Below, in pieces: positions 21,345 to 31,897 of a stretch of 64,000 nucleotides of DNA. Below the pieces are notes generated by a model. The model saw nothing but the letters and a program-made list of their open reading frames with translations, was not told the origin of the DNA and did not search any database. The position numbers and the translations under genes are program-made. The DNA lies in contig CAJTZQ010000006.1 in assembly GCA_910583795.1 (NCBI GenBank), positions 4,011-68,010 of the forward strand, in the 5' to 3' direction. This stretch comes from an uncultured Muribaculaceae bacterium. Lineage in GTDB: Bacteria > Bacteroidota > Bacteroidia > Bacteroidales > Muribaculaceae. Within the stretch, counting starts at the first letter, position 1. Every line of letters begins with the position of its first letter.

Positions 21345-23006
21345 ATGAAACTGACAAAATATCTTCTCTGCGGAGCGCTCGCCTTCTCTTTATGCGCATG
21401 TGGTTCCGACAATCCGGGTGAATCCACAAAACATCCTCCCGGAGAGGAACCGGATCCCAACCCTCAACCTACACCGGGAGATGACGATGACGTTGTGTCG
21501 CCCACTCCGGGCTTCACCCTCAACAATCGTAAAATAACCATTGATCCAACCGCCATATATCAGGAAATGGAGGGATTCGGGGCATCGGATTGTTGGCTTC
21601 CAAACAAAATCGGAATATATTGGAGTGCAAACCGTCTTCAGATAGCACGCTGGCTGTTCTCTCAGAATATCTCTTCCGACGGACAACCGCAAGGAATTGG
21701 TCTATCAATGTGGAGAGTTAACCTCGGTGCCGGAACTGAAGAACTCGGGGCGGCATCGGGAATAAATGACGAAAACGCCAATAACCGTGCGGAAAGTTTC
21801 CTATCATCTTCAGGCTCCTATGACTGGAAAAAATGTGCAGGGCAACAATACTTCATGCAGCAGGCAAAAAACAATAAAGTGGAGAAATTCGTGCTCTTCA
21901 GCAACTCCCCTCTCGTGCAATACACTAAGAACGGACAGGGACGCTCCGACGAAGGCGCATACTCAAACCTAAAGGATGACTGCTACGGTCTTTATGCCGA
22001 ATATATGGCAGAAGTGGCGCAGCATTTCATTTCCGAGGGTTATAATATCTCTCACATCTCACCCGTCAACGAACCGCAATATAACTGGGAAGGGAATTCC
22101 CAGGAAGGTTCCGGATGGCAAAATTCGGAAGTGGCACGCCTTACCCGCGAACTTGACGACGCTCTCGGGAAACGCAATCTTTCCACATCCATTCTGATCG
22201 GGGAAGCTGCTTCCTGGGAATACACCTACGGTGGAAACAACAGCCGTGAGAACACTATCAATGTATTCTTCGATCCCTCTTCCGAATCATACGTAGGCGA
22301 TCTTCCCCATATTGAAAAAGCAATCGCCGGTCATAGCTACTGGACATTCGACAACTGGAGAGATATGCGGACAGTTCGCTCCCGTGTTAAAAATGCGGCT
22401 GATGCCAAAGGTATAAAGGTATGGCAGACGGAATGGTCAATGCTCGACAAAGAACCCTCCGAACTGGGTGGCACATATGATCATGTCAGCGAGTTTGATA
22501 TAGCACAATACATGTCACGCATCATCCACAACGACATCACTGTGGCTGGATGTTCCTCATGGAGTTACTGGACAGCCATGTCGGTGGAACGCTGGGGACA
22601 GAAAAACCGGTTTGAACTGATCAAGACCACTCCGGCAGGCGGTGAATACAGCAACGACTTCACCGCAGAAGGGAATGTGAAGGCGACCCCCAACCTGTGG
22701 GTGCTCGGCAACTATAGTTTATTTGTTCGTCCCGGCTATAAACGTGTCGGTCTCACTCTCGATGAATCGAAAGATTTCTTCGGCACGGCTTATATGGCTC
22801 CCGACAACAGCCGCCTCGTGATCGTGCTGACCAACTACGACACGGAACGCGGTGTAAGTCTTGACATGGCGGCTCCCGAAGGGGCAAAATCAGCCTTCAC
22901 CTACACTACTACCGCTACAAAACAGCTCAAGCAGGAACGGTTTAATCTGCGCGATAAAATCTTTATCGACCCTGCGAGCGTGACAACCGTGGTCTACAAC
23001 TTTTAA
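21345..23006 (+). CDS. Glycoside hydrolase family 30 lipoprotein
   Basis: LCAC lipobox, Pro-rich linker, GFGASDCW, GIGLSMWRVNLG, SPVNEP acid/base, WQTEW nucleophile. Confidence 0.88.
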   Translation: MKLTKYLLCGALAFSLCACGSDNPGESTKHPPGEEPDPNPQPTPGDDDDVVSPTPGFTLNNRKITIDPTAIYQEMEGFGASDCWLPNKIGIYWSANRLQIARWLFSQNISSDGQPQGIGLSMWRVNLGAGTEELGAASGINDENANNRAESFLSSSGSYDWKKCAGQQYFMQQAKNNKVEKFVLFSNSPLVQYTKNGQGRSDEGAYSNLKDDCYGLYAEYMAEVAQHFISEGYNISHISPVNEPQYNWEGNSQEGSGWQNSEVARLTRELDDALGKRNLSTSILIGEAASWEYTYGGNNSRENTINVFFDPSSESYVGDLPHIEKAIAGHSYWTFDNWRDMRTVRSRVKNAADAKGIKVWQTEWSMLDKEPSELGGTYDHVSEFDIAQYMSRIIHNDITVAGCSSWSYWTAMSVERWGQKNRFELIKTTPAGGEYSNDFTAEGNVKATPNLWVLGNYSLFVRPGYKRVGLTLDESKDFFGTAYMAPDNSRLVIVLTNYDTERGVSLDMAAPEGAKSAFTYTTTATKQLKQERFNLRDKIFIDPASVTTVVYNF

Positions 23007-23021
23007 TTCCGCATCTTATTC

Positions 23022-25499
23022 ATGAACAGATTCCTGATCAACATTCGGAGAGCCGCCGTAGGCGCGGCTCTTTGCTTTTCTTTTGCCGGAATACAGGCAC
23101 AAGTCAGCTTCGGCAAACCTGAAAAATTTAATGAAGGATGGCTTTTCAATCTCAATGATATAAAAGAAGCCTCTCAACCGGAATATGCCGATTCGACATG
23201 GCGCCATCTTTCTCTTCCACACGACTGGAGCATAGAAGGGACATATTCTCCGGACCTTGCCAGCGGCACAGGGTATCTTCCGGGTGGTATTGGATGGTAC
23301 CGCAAGCATTTCAATTACAAACCGTCTGAATCGGGGAATAAGACCTATCTCTATTTCGAAGGGGTCTACAACCGTAGCGATGTCTATATCAACGGACATC
23401 TTTTGGGACACCGTCCAAACGGGTATGCCTCCTTCATGTATGACCTTACTCCCTATCTGAAAGAGGGAGACAATGTCATATCCGTGCGCGTGGACCATAG
23501 CCGTTATGCCGATTCCAGATATTACACAGGATCAGGGATATATCGCGATGTCTATCTCGTTGAGGCTCCGGAGTCGCACATTTCGCAATGGGGCGTCGGG
23601 TTTGAGACAACAGCTGTGAAGGGAAAAAAAGCTACAGTCAAGACAGGAGTAGCGGTTGAGAATCCGGAGAAAGGGATGGAAGTGAAGACCACTCTCATTA
23701 ATGCAGAAGGGAAAACTGTGGCATCGGCACGCAAAAAGGCATCAGCTGACAATGTACTGACAATGACCGTCCCTGACGTCAATTTATGGAGCCTTGAATC
23801 TCCCTACCTATATACTCTCCGCACCGAACTGATTGAAAAAGGGAAAGTAATCGATTCTTCCGACATTCCAGTAGGAATCCGCTCTCTCGCGTTTGATCCG
23901 AATAATGGATTCTCTCTCAACGGGAAGAATATGAAAGTGAAGGGTGTGTGCATACACCATGACGCCGGCGCACTCGGTGCGGTTGTGCCCGAGGAAGTTT
24001 GGGAACGCCGTTTGCGCAATCTCAAAGACCTTGGCGTGAACGCCCTGCGCATGAGCCATAACCCACAGGCGCCGGTGGTATACGACCTTGCCGACCGTCT
24101 CGGTCTATTGATCATGGACGAGGCAAGTGACGAATGGGAATTTCCAAAACGTAAATGGATAAAGGGTTGGAACAAGGGGGAGCCTGGATTTGACGGTTCC
24201 TACGATTTCTTCGAGGAATGGATAGACCGCGACGTAGCCGATATGGTCCGTCGCGACCGCAATCATCCGTCGGTATTCCTCTGGAGCATCGGCAACGAGG
24301 TGGACTATCCCAACGACCCCTACTCACATCCTGTGCTCGACGGTAATAATTCCGCTATATCCCAGCCTATGTATGGCGGTTATGACCCCAAAGCTCCTGA
24401 CGCCATGCGCATCGGAGAGATTGCGAAGCGTCTCGCCAAGGTCGTTAAAGGGATAGACACATCCCGTCCTACCACAGGTGCGCTTGCTGGAGTCGTCATG
24501 TCAAACGAGACCGCTTATCCCGAGGCTGTCGACGTGGTTGGCTACAACTATACGGAAGACCGCTACGATATTGACCATAAGACATATCCTGATCGTGTGA
24601 TCTACGGCAGTGAGAACCGTTCAGACTATGATGCATGGAAGGCGGTGCGCGATAAGGATTTCATTTTCGGTCAGTTCATCTGGACAGGAATCGACTATCT
24701 CGGTGAGTCGGGAGCTTGGCCATCGCGTGGACTCTACACCGGATTACTTGACTTCACCGGAAAGCCTAAACCGCGTGGAATGTTCCGCGCTTCTCTCTGG
24801 AGCGACAAACCTGTAACTTATATAGGCACATATCCAAAACCGAACCGTGGCAATTGGCTGTCGATAGATGCCTGGGATAATTGGAATTATGAAGCGGGAG
24901 ATACAATACGTGTGGTATGCTACACTAATTCTCCGAAAGCACATCTTCTTCTTGATGGCAAGGAAGTTGGTTCATTGAAACCCATGGATGACGCCACCGG
25001 TATAATTCATTGGGATATTCCTTTTGCACCCGGTAAACTTACGGCGGAAGGCGTCGGCGAGAATGGCGGCGTGCAGTCTTCTTACACCATTTCAACGTCA
25101 GGCAGACCTTATGCAATCAAAGCTTCGGCAGACCGTAATTCATTTGACAGACCGGGAGAAGTGGCACACATAACAATCGGGATTGTCGACGAAAACGGTG
25201 TCCCTGTAAAACTTGCAGACAACGAAGTTACTGTAACCATTGAAGGTCCGGCTGAAATCATAGCTCTTGAATCAGGCGACAATTCAGATATGGGTAACTA
25301 TCGAGACAACCGTCAGCGCGTGTTCCGGGGTAATCTTATCGCCTACGTCCGTTCTATCGATCCTTCTAAAAAACCGGAACCGCGTAATGGCATGAACCGG
25401 CATTTCGGAGGTAAACCCAAGGCGATCGATCCCGACGCACCTGTGACAATCACCCTCACTTCCCCACTCCTCAAACCTACCACCGTTACAATCCCCTGA
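23022..25499 (+). CDS. Glycoside hydrolase family 2 (beta-galactosidase-like)
   Basis: LPHDWSIE, YFEGVY, GSGIYRDV, RMSHNP, RDRNHPSVFLWSIGNE, GSE. Confidence 0.93.
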   Translation: MNRFLINIRRAAVGAALCFSFAGIQAQVSFGKPEKFNEGWLFNLNDIKEASQPEYADSTWRHLSLPHDWSIEGTYSPDLASGTGYLPGGIGWYRKHFNYKPSESGNKTYLYFEGVYNRSDVYINGHLLGHRPNGYASFMYDLTPYLKEGDNVISVRVDHSRYADSRYYTGSGIYRDVYLVEAPESHISQWGVGFETTAVKGKKATVKTGVAVENPEKGMEVKTTLINAEGKTVASARKKASADNVLTMTVPDVNLWSLESPYLYTLRTELIEKGKVIDSSDIPVGIRSLAFDPNNGFSLNGKNMKVKGVCIHHDAGALGAVVPEEVWERRLRNLKDLGVNALRMSHNPQAPVVYDLADRLGLLIMDEASDEWEFPKRKWIKGWNKGEPGFDGSYDFFEEWIDRDVADMVRRDRNHPSVFLWSIGNEVDYPNDPYSHPVLDGNNSAISQPMYGGYDPKAPDAMRIGEIAKRLAKVVKGIDTSRPTTGALAGVVMSNETAYPEAVDVVGYNYTEDRYDIDHKTYPDRVIYGSENRSDYDAWKAVRDKDFIFGQFIWTGIDYLGESGAWPSRGLYTGLLDFTGKPKPRGMFRASLWSDKPVTYIGTYPKPNRGNWLSIDAWDNWNYEAGDTIRVVCYTNSPKAHLLLDGKEVGSLKPMDDATGIIHWDIPFAPGKLTAEGVGENGGVQSSYTISTSGRPYAIKASADRNSFDRPGEVAHITIGIVDENGVPVKLADNEVTVTIEGPAEIIALESGDNSDMGNYRDNRQRVFRGNLIAYVRSIDPSKKPEPRNGMNRHFGGKPKAIDPDAPVTITLTSPLLKPTTVTIP

Positions 25500-25536
25500 C
25501 AGGATAACCGTCACCTGAATGGAGAATTAACCTGAC

Positions 25537-25590
25537 AAAACACGAACCCGATATCATGGCGCCAGCCCGTATATCGGTTCCGTGTTTTTA
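25537..25590 (+). terminator. Intrinsic terminator ending the PUL
   Basis: AAAACACGAACCCGATAT / ATATCGGTTCCGTGTTTT imperfect inverted repeat plus T-rich tail. Confidence 0.7.
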
Positions 25591-25659
25591 TTTTCAAGTA
25601 ATTTTAGCTAATTTCGCGCTCGAATTATACACTCTGCATTGTGAATCATGAATTAAAAA

Positions 25660-28308
25660 ATGGCTAATATGAAATACTCCGGACTCTCTGACGTGGAAGT
25701 TGCCGAGAGTCGGGAAAAATATGGTGTAAATCTCCTCACCCCTCCAAAAAAAGAATCGCTTTTCTCGCGTTTTCTAAAAAAATTTAACGACCCGCTCATA
25801 ATTATCCTTCTCATTGCAGGAGTGTTGTCTGTGGGCATATCGGTCTACGAATACACCGTCCTTGAACAAGGATTCAAAGTGTTTTTTGAACCGATAGGTA
25901 TATTTGTGGCAATAATCCTCGCCACAGGGCTTGGGTTCATCTTCGAAGCAAAGGCTGACAAGGAATTTGAACTTCTGAATCAGGTGAACGACGACGAGCC
26001 TGTGGAAGTGATCCGCAACGGTTTTGCAATGCAGATTCCCAAAAAGGAGATTGTCGTAGGCGACATTGTCATCCTCAACACCGGTGCCGAGGTTCCCGCC
26101 GACGGGGAACTCCTTGAGGCTGTCACGCTCAATATCGACGAGTCTACATTGACCGGAGAGCCCATTTGCCATAAAACCACTGATCCAGAAAATTTCGACC
26201 CCGACGCCACGTTCCCTTCAAATCATGCAATGAGAGGAACGAAAGTGATGGAAGGTCATGGAGTGATGCGTGTCTCTGCAGTCGGAGATCACACGGAAAA
26301 CGGGAAAGTATATGAGGCTACACAGATAGACGATAGCGTTAAGACCCCTCTTGACGAACAGTTTGAACGTCTCGGTAAACTCATATCCATATTCTCATAC
26401 GGGTGTGGCGTACTCCTTCTCATCGGCAGATGCATATTGTATTTCCTCAACATAGATTTCGAATGGATCTCTTTTATCCCTTATTTCCTTCAATCCGTGA
26501 TGATTGCAGTCACGCTCGTGGTTTGCTCGGTGCCCGAAGGACTGCCTATGGCTGTGACCCTCTCGCTCGCTTACTCTATGCGTGCGATGCTGAAGACAAA
26601 TAATCTCGTCAGGAAGATGCATGCCTGCGAGACAATGGGGGCGACCACCGTGATCTGCACTGACAAGACCGGAACTTTGACACAAAACCGTATGCAGGTG
26701 GCACATTCCGATTTCTTCGGAAACCCTCCCGCAGAAGTGATCTATGAAGGGATAGCGGTAAACTCCACCGCACAACTTGATCTTTCCGGGAAAGAACCGA
26801 AAGCCATAGGCAATCCTACAGAAGGGGCACTCTTGCTTTGGCTGCTAAAAAAAGGTGTTAACTACCTCGAACTCAAATCGAGAGTGACACTCGTGGAGGA
26901 ACTCCCGTTCTCCACCGAACGCAAATATATGGCTACGGTGGTAAGATCCACGAAAGGTAAGGAAACCATCTACGTCAAAGGCGCTCCGGAAATAATCTTC
27001 GGATTGTGCCGCAACTATCCCGACGGAGTGTCAAAAGAGGGTATCGATTCCCTGCTGTTGAGCTATCAGAACCAGGCGATGCGCACTCTTGGCTTTGCAT
27101 ACCAAGAACTTAAGCCGGGCGACAAGACAATCAGAGACGGAAAAGTGGTGGCTGACAATCTGACGTTTTTGGGAATTACTGCTATTTCTGATCCTGTGCG
27201 TGAGGACGTTCCCGATGCAGTTCAGGAAGTGCTTGATGCAGGAATAAAGGTAAAGATCGTGACCGGCGACACTCCCGGAACCGCCAAAGAAATCGGCAGA
27301 CAGATAGGGTTATGGGACGATACTGTTGACGGGGACCGAAATATCATTACCGGTGTGGAAGTAGAGCAACTGTCCGACATACAGTTGCGCGAACGTGTCG
27401 GCGATCTTAAGATAATTGCCCGCGCACGGCCCATGGATAAGAAGCGCCTTGTCGAGACTCTGCAGGCGAACCATGAAGTGGTTGCCGTCACGGGCGACGG
27501 GACCAATGACGCCCCGGCACTCAAAACCGCCCATGTGGGACTCTCGATGGGCGACGGCACATCCGTGGCAAAAGAGGCTTCAGACATCACCATCATCGAC
27601 AATTCCTTCTCATCAATAGGACGCGCCGTGATGTGGGGACGCTCCCTCTACCGCAACATACAGCGGTTTATCCTGTTTCAGATGACAGTGAATGTCGCGG
27701 CATGCTTCATAGTAATGTTCGGCGCATTCATGGGTATGCAGTCACCACTGACTGTCACACAGATGCTTTGGGTGAACCTCATAATGGACACTTTTGCGGC
27801 TATGGCGCTCGCATCTCTTCCCCCGTCTCAATCTGTGATGCGCGATAAACCACGTTCCCGTACGGCATTCATCATCAACCGCACTATGTGGCGGTCGATC
27901 ATCGGCACGGGAGGATTCTTCTTCATAATTTTATTAGGAATACTCTATTACTTCCAGCATACCGACCTTACCTCCCTGACTGAATTTATGAAACTTCCGA
28001 TAGGGGCAAACACCGGACTTTCAGCATATGAGCTTTCACTATTTTTTACCATTTTCGTATTTCTTCAGTTCTGGAACATGTTTAACGCGCGTGCATTTGA
28101 GACACGCCGTTCCGCTCTCCATCTTAAAGGATGCGAATGGTTTATGATCATCGCCACATTGATTCTCGGAGGACAAATCATGATTGTGGAATTAGGAGGT
28201 AACTTCTTCAACGTCGTTCCGCTACGTTTCTCCGACTGGCTGATTATAATAGCAGCCACTTCCTTAATCCTGTGGATTCCTGAGCTCTTCCGCCAACTCA
28301 AAAAATAA
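25660..28308 (+). CDS. Calcium-translocating P-type ATPase
   Basis: TGE, PEGL, DKTGTLT, KGAPE, TGDGTNDAPAL motifs. Confidence 0.95.
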   Translation: MANMKYSGLSDVEVAESREKYGVNLLTPPKKESLFSRFLKKFNDPLIIILLIAGVLSVGISVYEYTVLEQGFKVFFEPIGIFVAIILATGLGFIFEAKADKEFELLNQVNDDEPVEVIRNGFAMQIPKKEIVVGDIVILNTGAEVPADGELLEAVTLNIDESTLTGEPICHKTTDPENFDPDATFPSNHAMRGTKVMEGHGVMRVSAVGDHTENGKVYEATQIDDSVKTPLDEQFERLGKLISIFSYGCGVLLLIGRCILYFLNIDFEWISFIPYFLQSVMIAVTLVVCSVPEGLPMAVTLSLAYSMRAMLKTNNLVRKMHACETMGATTVICTDKTGTLTQNRMQVAHSDFFGNPPAEVIYEGIAVNSTAQLDLSGKEPKAIGNPTEGALLLWLLKKGVNYLELKSRVTLVEELPFSTERKYMATVVRSTKGKETIYVKGAPEIIFGLCRNYPDGVSKEGIDSLLLSYQNQAMRTLGFAYQELKPGDKTIRDGKVVADNLTFLGITAISDPVREDVPDAVQEVLDAGIKVKIVTGDTPGTAKEIGRQIGLWDDTVDGDRNIITGVEVEQLSDIQLRERVGDLKIIARARPMDKKRLVETLQANHEVVAVTGDGTNDAPALKTAHVGLSMGDGTSVAKEASDITIIDNSFSSIGRAVMWGRSLYRNIQRFILFQMTVNVAACFIVMFGAFMGMQSPLTVTQMLWVNLIMDTFAAMALASLPPSQSVMRDKPRSRTAFIINRTMWRSIIGTGGFFFIILLGILYYFQHTDLTSLTEFMKLPIGANTGLSAYELSLFFTIFVFLQFWNMFNARAFETRRSALHLKGCEWFMIIATLILGGQIMIVELGGNFFNVVPLRFSDWLIIIAATSLILWIPELFRQLKK

Positions 28309-28411
28309 CAACCTGCCGGCAAATGGTTGAGAGGTTCAGAGAAATGTAATTGACCGTTCGCAATATGTTTCATATTATATGCGTTACATTATTGTACAAC
28401 CGAATGGTAAT

Positions 28412-31400
28412 ATGAATCAGGCAGACTCTATAAATCAACCCATACCAGACATCGACAATCAGACTCCCGCTACTGAAACCACCGATACTGACGAATCATA
28501 CAATGATTATGAAATAACCGGATGTTGCAACCCCAATCAGGAAAGTTCAAGGAGAGAAGGCTGGGAACGGAAATTGCTCGACCTTTCTTTGCGAAATTCA
28601 ATGCTGAATCTCCGACCCGGCAAATCGATTGCCCCAATTATGGAGCAAGATGTTGATGCTGTGGTGAAACACCTGAAAAGCAACACACTTTCTCAATTCG
28701 TGGGTATTCCTGACCAAGATAATACAGACCTGCTCAAACACCTCTACCGTTCGGCACGTACAACTCTCGAAGAAAATGGTGCAAACAGCCTGTTTGTAGC
28801 TATTGGTTCTATCAAATGGTTCGATGTTGATGATAAACGCTCTCATATAGCCCCCCTCCTGTTTATCCCCGTAAGCATGGTCCGCAAAAAGGCTATGAAT
28901 TACGAAATCAGGATGAGAGACGATGAAGCAATGACAAACGTCACCCTGATAGAAATGATGCATCAAATGTTTGGTATCACTTTTCCTGAATTTGATGCTA
29001 TCCCTGAAGATGCCCACGGATTTCCTGACTGGAGAGCGATCTTCAATATTTTCACTCCTCACATTGAGGAGATCAACAAACATCAGGCTCAAGACAAGCA
29101 ATGGCAGCTTTCCACACAATCTTTCATAGGCATTTTTTCCTTTAAGAAATTCCTTATGTGGCACGATATCCATGACCATCCCGATATCGTGGAAAGGCAT
29201 CCCGTGTTGAAAGGGTTGATCTCCAATCATTATGGAATTGAAACGGAATCTGATCCTTTAGACGCCCATACAATTGAAGAAAACATCACGTTCGACCTCA
29301 TGCTGCCGATAGACTATGATTCAAGTCAACTCGAAGCCGTGGCGGAAAGTCACGCATCCCGATCATTCGTGCTTCACGGACCTCCCGGTACCGGCAAATC
29401 GCAGACTATCACCAACATGATTGCCGATGCTGTCTTCAACGGCAAAAAAGTGCTCTTTGTCTCTGAAAAAAAAGCTGCACTCGATGTAGTGAAATCTCGC
29501 CTTGAAAAAATAGGATTGTCTCCTTACTGCCTTGAGTTGCATAGCAACAAGACCGACAAACGTTCTTTTTTCACTCAACTGTCTAATTCAGAAATCCGCC
29601 TGCTCAGTTCAAAACCGACAAAGGAGATTCCGGCAAGCTATTATGAGGGGGAAAATTTGCTGAAAGATACCGGTAAATACTTAAGTGAGATCAGTGAAGC
29701 GATCCATACTGAAAGAAGCGCCGGGCTGTCGCTATATGATTTCATCTGCAGATACCTGAAGATCGGTTATGAGAGTCTTGCTCTATCCCATGATCAGATA
29801 TCCCATCTGTCTCCCTCCGACATCTCGCAATTAAGCAATGATTTGAGATCATTAGATCTTGTGGCTAAAATTTTGGGATTTCATCCCTCTCAATCCAGTC
29901 TGATGGGATTATTCCCAAATGAAAACACAGCCGAAAATCAGAAAGATATCACAGAGACAGTCAACGCTCTTCCGAGAAGGGTGGAGAGGGCAAGAAAGAA
30001 AGCGGCTTCCAGGATAAACAGATGGTTCATACACAAGACAGCTGAACAAATCTTTTATTCCGACAATCTGTGGTTAAAACTTGATTCACTTGCCGACATC
30101 TCTTCCGCAAAAAATCTCGACATCGATTCTATCGATAAATGCATCGGAAGATGGAATTCCGGAATAGCCGGGCTCCGCAAATGGTATCATTTCACTGAAA
30201 AGGCCGCTGAAATCAATAAAAAAAATCTGCCGGCTTCTTTAGATATGTATCTTTCAGGGAAATCAGGGGAGGAGACCGCCTCCGCCACGGAAAGCGGATA
30301 CTACAAGACCCTTGCATTCAATATTTTGGACAACGACAGCAAACTCCGCATTTTCAATGGGGAGACTCATAAGGATCGGGCTAAACTTTATTGCAGGGTT
30401 GTGGATCTTTTTCAAAACAGACAGAGAACGGCTTTGGAGATCGGAATGAAACACAGGCTCTCTTCAACTAATCTTGACATTGGAAAAGTCGGGCAATTAA
30501 ATCTTCTTATCCGAAGAATGATGAACAATGGCAGAGGGGTGCCGCTACGTCAAATCATCGCCAATTCCTCCGATATACTCCACATGGTCTACCCCTGCAT
30601 GCTCATGTCGCCTCTCAGTGTGGCTCAGTATCTTGAAATGAAGCCCGACATATTCGACCTCGTCATTTTCGACGAGGCGTCGCAGATGGAGACACCCGAC
30701 GCTATCGGTGCCATAGCCAGAGGAAACAACGTAATTGTGGTAGGTGACCCCAAACAGCTCCCCCCCACAAGATTTTTCACCGCCCGGTCTTCTTCCGGAG
30801 AAGAAATTGAGGAAAGCGAAGACGCTGACTCTATCCTTGAAGACTGCATTGCTCTCGGCATGCCGTCGAAATATCTCTCCCGGCATTACCGTTCGCGCCA
30901 CGAAAGTCTTATAACATTCTCAAACTCCAATTTTTACAACGGCAGGCTTCTGACATTCCCATCGTGCAACGATGCAGAGCGCAAGGTCTCTTTCATCGAC
31001 CCTAAGGGCGTTTACGATTATGGCAAGACGCGCACGAATGCCATAGAAGCAGAAGCGGTGGTAGACAAGGTCCTTGAACTGCTTAAGAATTCCGACACCA
31101 CCCCATCAATCGGAGTCGTGGCTTTTTCAAAGGCGCAAAGCAACCTTATCGAAGACATCCTCAACACTAAACTTCAACAAGAGAAAGTTCTTCAGAGGAA
31201 ACTTGACATGGCATCCGAACCATTGTTTATCAAGAATCTTGAAAATGTGCAGGGCGACGAACGCGACATCATCATTTTCTCTATATGCTACGGTCCCGAC
31301 AAAAATGGTAAAGTCTACCTTAACTTCGGCCCCATCAACAAGATCGGGGGAGAGCGGCGTCTGAATGTGGCTGTGTCGCGCGCTCGCGAAGAGATGTTCG

Positions 31401-31879
31401 TTTTCAGTTCTCTTCATCCGGCGAACATCCCGGAGGGCGACAACATCTCAAAAGGGGCGGCTGCATTACGCGATTTTCTCTCATTTGCCGAAAATCCGTC
31501 AGCGCCTGACAATTGTTCGACAATTAACACAAAAGACTACATTGTTGAGGACATAGCCGCAAAACTCCGGGAAAAAGGATATTGTGTAAGAACCAAAATC
31601 GGGCGTAGTTCTTTAAAAATAGATGTGGCGGTGTCTGACCCTGAGACTCCCGACAAATATATGGCCGGGTTCATTCTTGACAGCAGGGACTACCATTCAC
31701 TCCCCACTGTGCGCGACCGTGAGGTGACAGTCCCCTCCATGCTCCGCTCCCTCGGATGGGACATAAAACGCATCTGGGTTATCGACTGGCTGGAGAATCC
31801 TGATCGGGTGCTTGAAGAGATCCTTGCCGGTCTCCTCCCTCCCAAATCCCGGGATCTTGCAATGCAATCCGAACTTTAA
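28412..31879 (+). CDS. DUF4011-domain SF1 (Upf1-like) helicase with C-terminal Vsr/REase-like domain
   Basis: WERKLLDLSLRN, GPPGTGKSQT, FDEASQ, VGDPKQLPPT, HYRS, QGDERD, RLNVAVSRA, KIDVAV..GW...RIW; start may be 28379. Confidence 0.88.
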   Translation: MNQADSINQPIPDIDNQTPATETTDTDESYNDYEITGCCNPNQESSRREGWERKLLDLSLRNSMLNLRPGKSIAPIMEQDVDAVVKHLKSNTLSQFVGIPDQDNTDLLKHLYRSARTTLEENGANSLFVAIGSIKWFDVDDKRSHIAPLLFIPVSMVRKKAMNYEIRMRDDEAMTNVTLIEMMHQMFGITFPEFDAIPEDAHGFPDWRAIFNIFTPHIEEINKHQAQDKQWQLSTQSFIGIFSFKKFLMWHDIHDHPDIVERHPVLKGLISNHYGIETESDPLDAHTIEENITFDLMLPIDYDSSQLEAVAESHASRSFVLHGPPGTGKSQTITNMIADAVFNGKKVLFVSEKKAALDVVKSRLEKIGLSPYCLELHSNKTDKRSFFTQLSNSEIRLLSSKPTKEIPASYYEGENLLKDTGKYLSEISEAIHTERSAGLSLYDFICRYLKIGYESLALSHDQISHLSPSDISQLSNDLRSLDLVAKILGFHPSQSSLMGLFPNENTAENQKDITETVNALPRRVERARKKAASRINRWFIHKTAEQIFYSDNLWLKLDSLADISSAKNLDIDSIDKCIGRWNSGIAGLRKWYHFTEKAAEINKKNLPASLDMYLSGKSGEETASATESGYYKTLAFNILDNDSKLRIFNGETHKDRAKLYCRVVDLFQNRQRTALEIGMKHRLSSTNLDIGKVGQLNLLIRRMMNNGRGVPLRQIIANSSDILHMVYPCMLMSPLSVAQYLEMKPDIFDLVIFDEASQMETPDAIGAIARGNNVIVVGDPKQLPPTRFFTARSSSGEEIEESEDADSILEDCIALGMPSKYLSRHYRSRHESLITFSNSNFYNGRLLTFPSCNDAERKVSFIDPKGVYDYGKTRTNAIEAEAVVDKVLELLKNSDTTPSIGVVAFSKAQSNLIEDILNTKLQQEKVLQRKLDMASEPLFIKNLENVQGDERDIIIFSICYGPDKNGKVYLNFGPINKIGGERRLNVAVSRAREEMFVFSSLHPANIPEGDNISKGAAALRDFLSFAENPSAPDNCSTINTKDYIVEDIAAKLREKGYCVRTKIGRSSLKIDVAVSDPETPDKYMAGFILDSRDYHSLPTVRDREVTVPSMLRSLGWDIKRIWVIDWLENPDRVLEEILAGLLPPKSRDLAMQSEL

Positions 31880-31897
31880 ACAACATCCCGAATCATA

